From: Styela clava
Taxonomy: Eukaryota
Length of the DNA stretch: 64,000 nt
Direction: 5' to 3'
Assembly: GCF_964204865.1 (NCBI RefSeq)
Contig: NC_135251.1
Location: forward strand, 17,236,001 to 17,300,000
In this document: positions 11,652-22,663 of the stretch, piece after piece
Layout: the number at the start of each line of letters is the position of its first letter
Position numbering within the stretch: position 1 is the stretch's first letter
Translations under genes and position numbers: made by a program
Notes under the pieces: generated by a model
Told to the model about the DNA's origin: nothing
Databases searched by the model: none
What the model saw: the letters and a program-made list of their open reading frames with translations, nothing else

Positions 11652-14600
11652 TTAATTTTGTGAAATATATCGTCTGTAAGAATCAGATTCCATCAACCGA
11701 AATATATGATCTTGAGCTTCCTGGAACATTTCTGAGGTTGGATTCTGCAGCTTTTCTGTTATCATTGAACGTATTTTTGATGTAATATTAACCTGAAAAT
11801 ATAAAAGATTATCCATTAGGCATTGACGTATTTGAATAATTTGGAGCCGGAAGGTTTTTTTTAGACTGAATCAGAACAAACCAACCAACAACCAAATCAT
11901 ATGGGTGGCAATGTTTTCATTGAAAATGGAGGGACCTGAGCCCTGGCAAAGACCAATGAATGACTCGCTCCAGCAGCAGTAGATAAAATTTCAAGGATAT
12001 GATGGATGTTTCGCCTATATATATGGCCGTTCACTCAAAAATCAAAAAAAAAATAGTGCTGATAAAGACTGAATGTCAAATCATACCTCACACTCTGCAT
12101 CAGAGTGGATATATTTTTTGTAGATCGCAGACGCAAGTTTACGTTGTTTTGTTGTCTTCTTATTTTTGTAACTTTCACATTCAGTCCAAAAATCAAGATT
12201 TTCCTCACTGTGCTCTATTGCAAGAAATGCGCGAAAGGAAGCACATTTACCTTCAAAAAATAAAAAATATACATTAATATATATATATGTATTTTCAAAA
12301 CAATGAGAGAGAAAGGTAATAAACCTAACCGCCGAAGAATACTGGCAAATGATAAAATGTAGATTATGTGAAAACAGTTTTAAAACAGAATATTACATTA
12401 ATTCGTATCTGATTATAACCAGGATTAATCTAGGTTTAATTTAAAATCGATTCACGGGAATATTCTACAAACCTTTATCTTTCAAAATAGCTAGCAGTCC
12501 ATTCGCTGACGAAGAATTGGAGGAACAAGACGATACGTTAATAATATTACTTTCCAGTGCTGTGTAGCCTTTCTTCTCCTCGTTCTTATGTTTTCTTGAC
12601 TTGACACGACTAAATTAATGTTGAAAAAATATATTTGAAAAACATTAGAATATATGAGGTAAGAAATGTATCAGCACAAGTGACACAAATAGTTTACACT
12701 TATACAAGTTAAACTTTTTTTCATTTTCAACTTCAATCATTAACATAAAAATAAACTAGCAGCAGCACAGAAGCTACAAGATTTGTGTATGATTTCATAT
12801 GTCAGTTATAAGAAAAGCAAAGAATCTTTTCACTTCAGTAAATGCCCATGTACTGTTCCTAGCAAAAGTGTGTATGCTTCATTTAACTTATCTAGGCTAT
12901 TGCATTTGATCAATACAGGGCACAGGGTTACTAATTCAACAAACCGACTTATGGAACCCTGTACTACAAACATCCAAATATTTCGATTCAAAGTAAGATA
13001 TATTTATGTTTGTCACGGTAAGAGTCAAATAAGGTAAGAAAAAAGACTTTTGTTACTTACAATATCTTTTTAATCTTTTCTGTTTCGATCCAATCAATTT
13101 TACTCGAAATATTTTTGTTGTTTTGTAGTTCTTCTTTCGTTTTCAAATCTGATTCGGAAGAACATGACCGACTTCTTATTCGTTTTGGATCAACATCGCT
13201 TGATGACGTAACACTAACGATTTCCACGCGATCATTGTCATAATTTTGCGACCTCGAGCTATTTATTTCAGATGACACGATATCACTCGGTGCCCCAAGT
13301 TCGAATTTTTGAGGAAAATCTGAAAATGAAAAAATTAAATAATGCAAACTTCCTCACATCGACCCAAGGTGAACGCATGCTTGAATCTACTTACCAATGA
13401 AATCAGGATAATATAAGGTGAACTTCTCATTCCCAGCCTGTAACAAAGAAATTATAATGTTTATATATTATATTTTTTTAATTTATTGGTTCAGTTTGTT
13501 TAAACGTATAGATTCGTCGGAATATTTATAAGATTGCCTTTGCATTGTGCTGTGACGCCGCTTCAATAATAAAAAAATCGAATATCGGAACAATTAGTTT
13601 ATAAAATCTACATACCGATTTTTGCATACGAAAACTCTCCGACTTATTAAAATATCTTTTGCTGCTTGTGCGTTCATATCCGTTAATGCTTCTTTTTGCA
13701 GATCGTCGAAGAATCGGCGATTCACATCCGGGAACCATTTGTCTCAATTGCGCGAGTTGTTTTTTCCCGTCATGATATGTTCGTCTTCGGACTATTCTCG
13801 CCGACTTTTGCAAATTTGCACCGTATGTAACGGACGCCAAACACAGCGGTGTACCGGGAGTGTTGCTAGGACGACAGGGAATGGAGTTACCAGCATATAA
13901 CGGGGGCTTGCAAATTTGAAATGTCTGTTCCTGCTCTTCAGTCAAAAACACATCATCATTATCTTCATCTTCAAATTGTATTGGTTTGATTTGGTGCTTC
14001 ATATCATGTTGTGGTCTGAATGGCGTTTGCTGGTCTATATCATTTTCTATATATCTATACTTTTGTAGTTTTTCTCTCGTTGTAATGAATTGCAAGTTAT
14101 TTTGCGCTGATGTCCTTAGTCGATGTTCGTTCAATTTACGCTTTTTGTGTCGAACACCACCTTTTCTATTAAGTTTACGTTTATATCCGCCTTTTGGTGT
14201 ATTGTTCAATTCTCGGTTGTTTCGATGACTTCTTTGAATTTTCAGCACTACAACACCGGAACAAGATCTATATAGAGGCAAAATACCAGTTGGCAATTTT
14301 GTTCATTGCAAAAATATATAAATAATAACCTAAAAATAACACTTACCTCAGTAAATTTTGAAATTCAAAATTAGTCCGGTTATTAACAATTGACCCATTG
14401 ATTGACAATATTACGTCTCGTTCACGGAGTCCGACGGAATAAGCTTGTGATCCTGAAAATAAAAGGTTTATATACATTTTAATCAAAGTAAACTAGTAAG
14501 AAACGCAAGGCAACAACTCTCTTAGGCTTTAATAAGAAAAGGAGCATTTTGAGTAAAATAGATCAGCTGGTATGTTTTGTATTGATATCGTACGAAAATT

Positions 14601-17600
14601 TACACATCTGACTAAGCTTTAAAAGTCTCATGGTTTTGTGACAAAATTAGTTGCTTGTGCATTAGGATTTTTCGGAAGCGACATCAACTTATTATAAAAC
14701 TCACTCGACTCGGTTAGAACCCCTTACCTTCTGTGACTGATGAAACACATGGTGGCGATTGTGTTTGTGCGCCAAATTGAACATCTCTTACAATGGCATT
14801 AGTCGATAATTGGATCTAAAAATAGAAATATTTTTATTGAATAATGTTATAATATATATTGTCTATCGGCAGAAGAACCGTTCTATGTATCGTACATGAG
14901 TTTGACAGTGTTTGGGGCATAATTAGTGATGAAAGCTTGATGCGTCCGACGTTTCCCAATTTCATGCTTTGAGATTAATAGTAATTGTTCCGAACTAACC
15001 TCCTTATGTTCGATCATTTTTCTGCTCGGCGTGAATCCAGCTTGTGATTTGTCATTTTGTGATGTCTCTGCTGGGAACTGATTATAATTCATTGTCTTTA
15101 CCTTGTTTTCTCCTGATGTCAGAAATGAGAAAGTACATTTATTTATTCATTTTATTCTTATATTATTACGAGTCCCGAGTGAATGAGAGATTTCAAACAA
15201 ATTTGAATCCATGCGTTCCAAGCAAGACTTTTCCGTCGACCTACTTACCAACACATCATTTGCATAAAATATGCGATAAAATTAACATTTTGTATACACT
15301 AAGTTATCATATTTGCATAATAATTATCTTACTGCTGAGGCTTTGATTCGGTTTCACAGCAAGATGTTTTCGTCGTCCTATGTTCTCACCGAGCAAGTAA
15401 TATGAACCTTGAATTATCTGTGAAATAATGTTGAATTAATTGGAATGACTGACATGACACTGACATTTTAAGCAGAAACGACGTATTACCGTTGCTTGAG
15501 ATCAAAACAATAACGATTTGGAATATGTGGTTGTTCGTTTAAAATCGAGAATAACAGTTCAATTTTTGAATATTATTACGTTAATAATAAAAATGATGCA
15601 AGTTACCTCATTATTCGTCATAAACTTCCGAAGTCCAAAGCTTGTGCATCCTTTAAAATTCACCGGAGTCATAGCCTGTGACCAGACTTCAATCAGCAAT
15701 CTTCTATTCAATGCCATCCGAGACAAGTTACTAGAATTTTAATTTTTTCATGTAAATTTTTAATTTAAAACCTAAACTATTAGATCAAGATATTCTTTTT
15801 TTTTCAGCAAAAGGTTCGGCCATTCCGTGTATGTCAAAACTTGACAAATTATAATCGTAATGGTATTATCAGTACTTACAAAGAGACCGTCTCGTGGAGA
15901 ATGGTTTCTTTTGCTGCCATGTGCACCTTCATGATATGTTCAGCATGTGTTTCGCTCTTTTCCGAAATTAGGGAAATCTAAAAATAATATGCGATTACTT
16001 TCACATGTTACCTGAAATTTACGACGAAAATCTACCAGTAAATTTTTGTTGAGCAATTTTAAAATAACAAAGTCCAGATCCTGATTCTAGCATTCATATT
16101 ATCAAATTATCCATTTACATAATATATCTTATTGTCGCGATACAAATGAACATACCAGCATACGTCACTTGATTAGTACAGGTAAGGACGTAATTAAGTT
16201 TGGACTTACCTTTATGTAAATGCTGGATCCTATTGAAGACAAAATGTTTCTAATTCCCAACAGAGTGACAGTCAACTTCTTGGCCGTTCCACATGCCACC
16301 AATTTGATTTGACCTTGATAAATATCAGGTATTATTCCATGATTGAATTTTTGTTTTAGACGGTTAGAAAAAACATGACAAAATAGATTTCGATACATAA
16401 TTCCGAAAGCATCAAATCATGGAAAAAAAATTAGGCATCGCTTAAAAATTGAACATTATTCAATATACTACAAATCATCACTTACCTCGCATTGTTAGGC
16501 GCCAATAACAACAACGTTCCTCCTCACAAATTGCTTAGATAAAATCAGTAAGAAATAATTAAATATAAAACTGCAATGACAACGCATATGTTTAAACATA
16601 CGTCGACAATATTACGAATTAAGTGAAGGTTTGTCTCTGGCACGCTAAATCATATATATCTTTCGCTGATCTGTCTCCTGGATTCGTTTGCTAATACTAT
16701 TTGCACGGAAGCCTGACCTAGGTATCAAATGTCACCTTTCTACTTCGCGATACGTTTCTCCTTGACTAAGCAGTCTAAATAATCGTGAAAAGTAGAACTG
16801 CAAACACTTCGTTGTTTGCGAAGGAAGATGAATCAAGTGACGTCAAAATTTCAAAGCGGATTACACTGCTGGAATCTTTTTGAACCAACTAAATTTTTTG
16901 ATGATTTCTGACATGCTGGGTTTTCTAGTGCTGAAATTTTGTGGCGATGCATGGCGGAAATTGTTTTCTGCTATTCACTGGCAGACTTTCCGTTTTAAGT
17001 TCGGATACATCAAGCCGGGTCAAACAGGATCCACATCTAATAAGCCATATAATACTCGAATATTTTACTTTCACTTAAATTTACATGGTAACCCATTGTC
17101 AAACTAAATCCGAGTTTATTATTTTCACTGCAGCCGCCGTAATATTCCACAATATTATATATATATATTCAATACTTTCTCGATTCGCACTCAATAACTC
17201 TGGTCTAGGTTTAACCTGCCGGCACCCACATTTCAATGAATGAGATACTGTTGAAATCTTCAACTGTCGAAATTGAGAGTACTCAGAGATGTCAGACAGT
17301 GAAAACTGTCTGTGACCCAAATCACGTCAGCGAAAAAAAAGAAGCAACATCTGCCTCAGTTTATTCATATCAAGAGACAATAGCCAACACAACGGGTTGC
17401 CTGAGTGGCAAGGCGGTCATTATACCGTGAAATGAAAACTTCCCAGCAAGGCAGGTGTGCCAAGTTTTTTACCTTTATGTATAATTATGTGTTATCATAC
17501 GCTGATTACTTGCAGTTTTACTTTTATAATGCCAGATTAGCGCACACGTTAAGTTTCACTATCACGAAAAGTCAAATCCTTAATGAACGGGATAACTATT

Positions 17601-19529
17601 TAATAATCGCTAATGATGATTGGCAGAAGTCTGCTTACGTAGAATCAGACTGTCATAATAAATAAAACAATAATTAATACACTATATGTCGAGCAACAAA
17701 ACGAATGATTACGGTATTTACGGTCTATTGTGACAAGACTTGTCGTACGGTTCCATTACATTTGAACCCACGTACATTTGAACCCATGACAATTGCACCT
17801 GTATGCTATTGCACCTATGGATTTTTTTTTGTTTCACGGATAGTTAAACCCATACTAACCCTAACCCATGGGTTTTAGCACCCGCATATAGATTGAACCC
17901 GTGGATATACGCATGGGTTCAAATGTACGTGGGTTCAAATGTACGGTCACCTTGTCGTACGCAATAGCGAAATTTTCAATCGAAAGCCAAGAAACGAATT
18001 ATGTGACGTAATCATTCCGTAAAGAAGGAGCTTCAGGGTTATTGATATTCAGCGACATACATTGCCAACTTTTCGGTTTTACATTTTTGGTTTACTCTGA
18101 CATCTTGCATTCCATATCCTTAGGACGGACTAATGGGCTCTGCGAGATCTAGCAGAATAAAGACATTCCGATGACGCCGTTTCCGAAAATAAATCATTTT
18201 GGCATGCGTATCAATCGCACCTGTTCTTGTGTTATTTGCTTTGGGGAAATCATATAAGTCGGAGGCGCACGTTGATTTTTTCAGTTGGAGTTTCCGTAAT
18301 TATCGCCAACAATCTTAATTTTTCGCAGTTTCGACAACTATCAACAGGTGAATGTCAATACTATCCAACCCGATAATTATCGCGCTTAGACTCTTGATTA
18401 ATTACATCAGACACATCTTTATCTTATTGAAAGTACTTTTGTTTCTCGCAATGTCAAATGACTAAGCGTTTGGCCTAAATAACTAATCGTGATTTACGGA
18501 CTAATATCAGGTCTCAACATTTTGTAAATTTTTCTTCATCATTTTCTATCATAACCTATTTCTTATTTCTATCTACAGCGAAATTACGGTTACGGACTAT
18601 ACAGTTACGGACTACGGTATTGGCAAGATCTGAAATAACATTCGCCCAACACTACTTTCAACAAACTTGCGGTCGAACAATCCACATTGTAGAAACGTTA
18701 ACGTAAAAGGTTTCGACAATCAACAGCAGTTTTACGACTGATAGTGCGACTTTACAACGCCCGAACTCTAAAGAAATGTTCTCTTGCATGTTGAACGTCG
18801 TTCTAAATTGCCATATTTTCATAAACTACATTGACAGAACGTAATTACCCAGTGTATGACTAATGCAATTAAATACACGTAATGTTTGTTCAAATAATAA
18901 TAGTAATACCTTGATTGGGAAGTTTGTTGCTTATGTTTTTATTACTCTCTACTTTTCTCTTCTTTGGAGTAGGGAATACTGAAGATTCTGAATCCGTACT
19001 GTTTGTGCTTCCGCGCATTCTACGCTTGATCATTTCTTGATTCAATGTACTTCCATAATAGACTTCATTAAAATTTGCATATTCGTCGCCAGATGATTCG
19101 GAGTCATGGTCCGTCATTCTGAAATTTCAAAATGCTATTATGTGTTGTATTCGGCGGTTTAGAATTAAACTTTTCTCTGACAAAATCGTGGTGAAGTAGT
19201 TAGATCTATTGATTTCATTGCTGCCTGTTGGGTGAGCATATTACCGTCATGCTACGGATTGTCTTATCATTAGCTAGTGGGTTGTATACTAAGTGTAAAA
19301 TTGAAACTTCAAAAATTTGAGAAATAAATTATAAATTTCACCTTTGATAAACATCAGCGTAAATCTTTCTTTTCGTAACTTCATCTTCTGAAGAAAGACT
19401 TGATGTTGTGCTCTTTCGAATTTCATCCCAATCAAATGATAACTTTGGGCATATCGTTTTCAAGTCAAACTTGAATGAAATCGGTTTTTTGTTTTGTAAT
19501 ACAGTAAATTCATTCGTTTCGCTCGCCAT
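11652..19529 (-). CDS. RGS3: Regulator of G-protein signalling 3-like, long C2-PDZ-RGS isoform (~852 aa, 16 exons), copy 1
   Basis: Phase-consistent GT-AG exons: 19342-19529, 18910-19118, 16486-16533, 16210-16313, 15880-15977, 15607-15730, 15333-15417, 15000-15112, 14728-14815, 14347-14452, 13616-14267, 13395-13437, 13061-13319, 12473-12609, 12087-12250, 11652-11792 (sum 2559 nt). C2: GQIKL...YIKISLI...RRLLIEVW...GCTSFG...GSYYLLGENIGRRKHL. PDZ: SPPCVSSVTEGSQAYSVGLRERDVILSINGS. RGS: FRAFLAIEHSEENLDFWTECE...EVNI...FQEAQDHIFRLMESDSYRRY. The first three exons are joined on splice phase only. Confidence 0.9.
17749..17951 (-). mobile_element. MITE family A in RGS3 intron 2; copies at 35535-35737 and 53321-53523
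   Basis: 203 bp, perfect 9-bp TSD TTGTCGTAC (17740-17748, 17952-17960), reverse orientation. Confidence 0.92.
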
Positions 19530-20138
19530 TGTAACATATGTGGTGACATAAATTTTGTGGATCTTGTTTATATAACCGATTATATCTTTCGTGGGAAAAT
19601 TAAAAAACTGATAAGAAATGTGTTATACATCTTATCAGCAATTGAAAGGATTGCTGATCAATCCTTTCATTTAGTAAAATTAAAAGAAATTCTCGATTGC
19701 TACTCAGATAGTACTTGATAACGATTACCGTATCTTTTAAAAATTTGCACTCAGGTTGAAAATATAGACATAGATATCAAGACAAAATGTAATCAAAGGT
19801 ATGAAATGTTGATCAAATCAAGTAAAAATTTGAGTGTTCCGAAACTTTGTAATTACATTCGCACATATATTTTGTTATATCATGATATACAACTGAAAAG
19901 CCAGAAAAGTTTTCCGGTATAAAAACCTATTTTTCGCGACACAAGAGTACCTAACGTAAGGCAAGATGTAGCAGAGCGACAATGCTGCTAAATATTAGGC
20001 GAAACTTGTTTTTATGCCTGTTCTCTAATTGAACACTCCAAGTAAGTGGTCGAAACCTAGACATTTTGTTTCTGTTGACCTGAGCAATGAGCATCTCATC
20101 AATACACGTGCATTTGATTAAGTGAATATATATATACT

Positions 20139-20314
20139 CAGTGGTGGGATTCAGCCGGTTCGCACCGGTTCTATAGAACCGTCTCGTGGAATTTTATGAG
20201 TACAGCGAACCGGTTAGCATCCCTGAAAAAACATGACTTTTTGTAACAGAAACGGCTGAAAAATATGACTTTTGTGATGGAACCGGCTGACAAAAAATTT
20301 GAATCCAACCACTG
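20139..20314. mobile_element. hAT (Tip100-like) MITE ~600 bp upstream of the RGS3 ATG; copies at 37925-38100 and 55711-55886
   Basis: TIR CAGTGGTGGGATTCA / TGAATCCAACCACTG, GAACCGG subterminal repeats, perfect 8-bp TSD TATATACT. Confidence 0.9.
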
Positions 20315-20558
20315 TATATACTGTATATATACATGGCATATACTTGGACTATGTTTGCAAAATCGAAGAATATAACAATGCTCATGGCAGCTATTTTTAG
20401 GTATAGAATCACGGCGGTGGTTCGCAACCAATGGGGATTTAGGGGTTGTTAACGGGAAACAAACTCACACACAGTAAACACAATGAAAATCATAATACAT
20501 GACACAGGGAGAAGAAAGCTGCCTATGCTGTCACAACTACACAAGAGTTTGATGAAAC

Positions 20559-20599
20559 GTCCTGATGGTGTGATGTGTCATAATTGCGAAACGGTCGAC
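20559..20599 (+). ncRNA. Degenerate minimal type I hammerhead ribozyme motif (Penelope/retrozyme type); copies at 38345-38385 and 56131-56171
   Basis: GTC-CTGATGGT-GTGAT(loop)ATTGC-GAAAC-G-GTC-GAC. Stem I GTC/GAC, core CUGAUG(G instead of A), stem II 5 bp with two G-U pairs, GAAAC, GUC cleavage triplet. Confidence 0.45.
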
Positions 20600-20718
20600 A
20601 CCAAATGACCACAAAATTCGATCTCCTAGATTGCTTCGAAAATGGCCTGTCTCCTGGCAGAGAGGTGTCACCTTTCCTCGCGATTAATACCAAAGCAAGC
20701 AAAAATTCCGCATACCTA

Positions 20719-20891
20719 GATCAAAATAACGAGCACAATGGTGATAAAAACAACGAGCACGTGGTGATCAAAACAACGAGCACACGCCACACATCAATGA
20801 AGTATTTCTGGAATGGCCAACCAGTCAGAGACTAAGAGCCGCATTTCGTACTTCATTACCGCGAAGAGCCACATTATAAACAAGAGCACAT
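20719..20891 (+). repeat. Short imperfect tandem repeats (3x ~23-bp GAT(C/A)AAA(T/C)AACGAGCAC, then 3x AAGAGC(C/A))
   Basis: AACGAGCAC at ~20728, ~20752 and ~20775; AAGAGCCGCAT, AAGAGCCACAT and AAGAGCACAT at ~20833-20891. These resemble transposon subterminal repeats. Confidence 0.55.
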
Positions 20892-20961
20892 GAACATCAG
20901 ATATACCTTTATTCATCTCTGCTAGAATGATAGTTTTTTGTGAATGTCACTAACCACGAAC

Positions 20962-21113
20962 TTTCTGTAAGCCACGCCCTTCCACCAGTTGGTTGGCATA
21001 AAAACAGTTGAACATCCGACGCACAGCACGACTGTTTGAGCGTGACTGAATACCGTCGTAATCTTATAGCAACCTGGGCACTTTACATCCATGAAATACG
21101 AGTTTGGTTCTTG
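20962..21113 (-). pseudogene. RPS27: 40S ribosomal protein S27 internal fragment, frameshifted; copies at 38748-38899 and 56534-56685
   Basis: [37 protein letters not shown], then a +1 T shift into [14 protein letters not shown]-terminus and the final GCSFRRK are missing. Confidence 0.93.
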
Positions 21114-22428
21114 TGACATCTGGTCCCTACCATTAAAGCGCAATTGAGCTGGTCTTCGTCATAAAGATTTGATCATCTTCAACTCAGTTGCAGCCTCATC
21201 TGAGACTAGAGGGAATTTCAGGGGTGTGCTATTGTTTGATTTCTTCCAAGCATTATTCTTTGAAAACAAGTATAGAATAGGCATTGTGGAGATGAGAACG
21301 TTTCTAGCTCGCCCAACAAAAAAAAGGGACAACAATATACTACGCACAATTTTATTGGAATGTGCTTCGGGAGCACATTCTCCAGGTCCCTTGGAAGTTT
21401 TTATATACTGTATATGTAATTAGTTTTTTACTCTTCCTGTTACCAAGTAACCAATATGGGTCAGCATAATAAATCACTAAAGATAATATGTTTCGATTAT
21501 AAAATGCAGTTTTTTATTTTATCATTTTCATCCGCATCCGAGGTAAATGTGCTTGTCGCTGTCTTTCTGGTATTTTTTTCCAACTTTGCCTTTTTACACG
21601 ATGGTACTTGTAACCTGTGAAAGAAAATTTTAATACAACATTTTTGTAATCTTATAAACCAATGGTTAAATATAGGGAACTTTGTTATCACAATTTTGAT
21701 GTTGGACATTGACAAACGAGTCGAACTAATAGCGTACTCGAAATTTTATTTTGAAATGATGGCAATTTTCTCAAAGTGTTAATAGCACATCATAAAACAT
21801 AGCTCTGAATAAGAAGCAACGGATATGTGAGAAGCTATCGTGTATGTAAATGAAACACATTCTAGATTTACAATGTGTCCTGATTATTGGGCCCGAAGTG
21901 TTAATATGGTGTGTTTTGCTAAATTGTTGTTGTTGACTTGTTGTCTCCATAAAATAATGCACCAATCGTTTTCAAATTTACAGCACTTAAATATCGTTTA
22001 TTCCTCTAGAAGGCTATCACTTTTATATTTTCCCGACGCCTATAAAATTCGATATTTCATGCAAAATTTTGTTATCACTGCAAATACTGCGCCGCCGCGT
22101 GGCGTCACTTCAAATCTCCCTCACATCTTTCCGACAAAGTCTTTGCTGTCTTCTCAACTCCAGTACTACCAATGTTAATGCGGCGGTTAGACTTGATTTG
22201 AAGCTTTCGAATGATCATATAACGGATTTCATTCTAAGTCTCATGGGTACTGCAGTTGGTATTCGTGTTCGTATATTTGAGCATTGTTCTTTTGTTTGGA
22301 AAAAAAATTATGGTTTATTGGACCGCAATTGTAATTATATATATTAGACAACTTCAAAATGCGCTGTAAAAAGAAAATAACCATGTTTTTGAGCATACCA
22401 GTCAAACAGATTATTACTAAACAAAAAG

Positions 22429-22663
22429 GGTACCCTCGTAGTATGTGATCCAAGATGGCGGACACCGGAACGTAGTATGTGTACCAGGTAGGGTTAGGCC
22501 ATAATTTCAGGTACAAATACTACGGGAGTCACTTGGATAGTCCCCGAACTCGTAATAGAACTAAACTAAGGAAAACTGGATTAAAATTATGGCCTAACCC
22601 TAACCTGGTACACATACTATGTTCAGGTGTCCGCCATGTTGCTTCACATACTACGGGAGCGCC
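22429..22663. mobile_element. 235-bp MITE family B (GG..CC termini; Merlin- or Mutator-like) in the last SLC22 intron; copies at 40215-40449 and 58001-58235
   Basis: ~80-bp imperfect TIRs (GGTACCCTCGTAGTATGTG... / ...CACATACTACGGGAGCGCC), 8-bp TSD ACAAAAAG. Confidence 0.85.

Noticed and set aside
12835-12958. Extra RGS3 exon (GSISRFVELVTLCPVL...)
   Set aside because: It is open only in phase 0, while the upstream exon ends in phase 2 and joins 12609 directly in frame (KIKKIF-RVKS).
13526-14296. 256-aa stand-alone ORF
   Set aside because: It is the large internal exon (13616-14267) of the RGS3-like gene plus intron read-through.
15249-15298. Possible small exon ending at a strong GTAAGT donor
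   Set aside because: It would need a 34-nt upstream intron; no support.
20719-20891. CRISPR-like repeat-spacer array
   Set aside because: Only three short degenerate repeats without regular unique spacers, no cas genes, eukaryotic context.
20890-20960. C/D snoRNA in the sequence following the RPS27 fragment
   Set aside because: A CTGA is present but there is no convincing box C or terminal stem.
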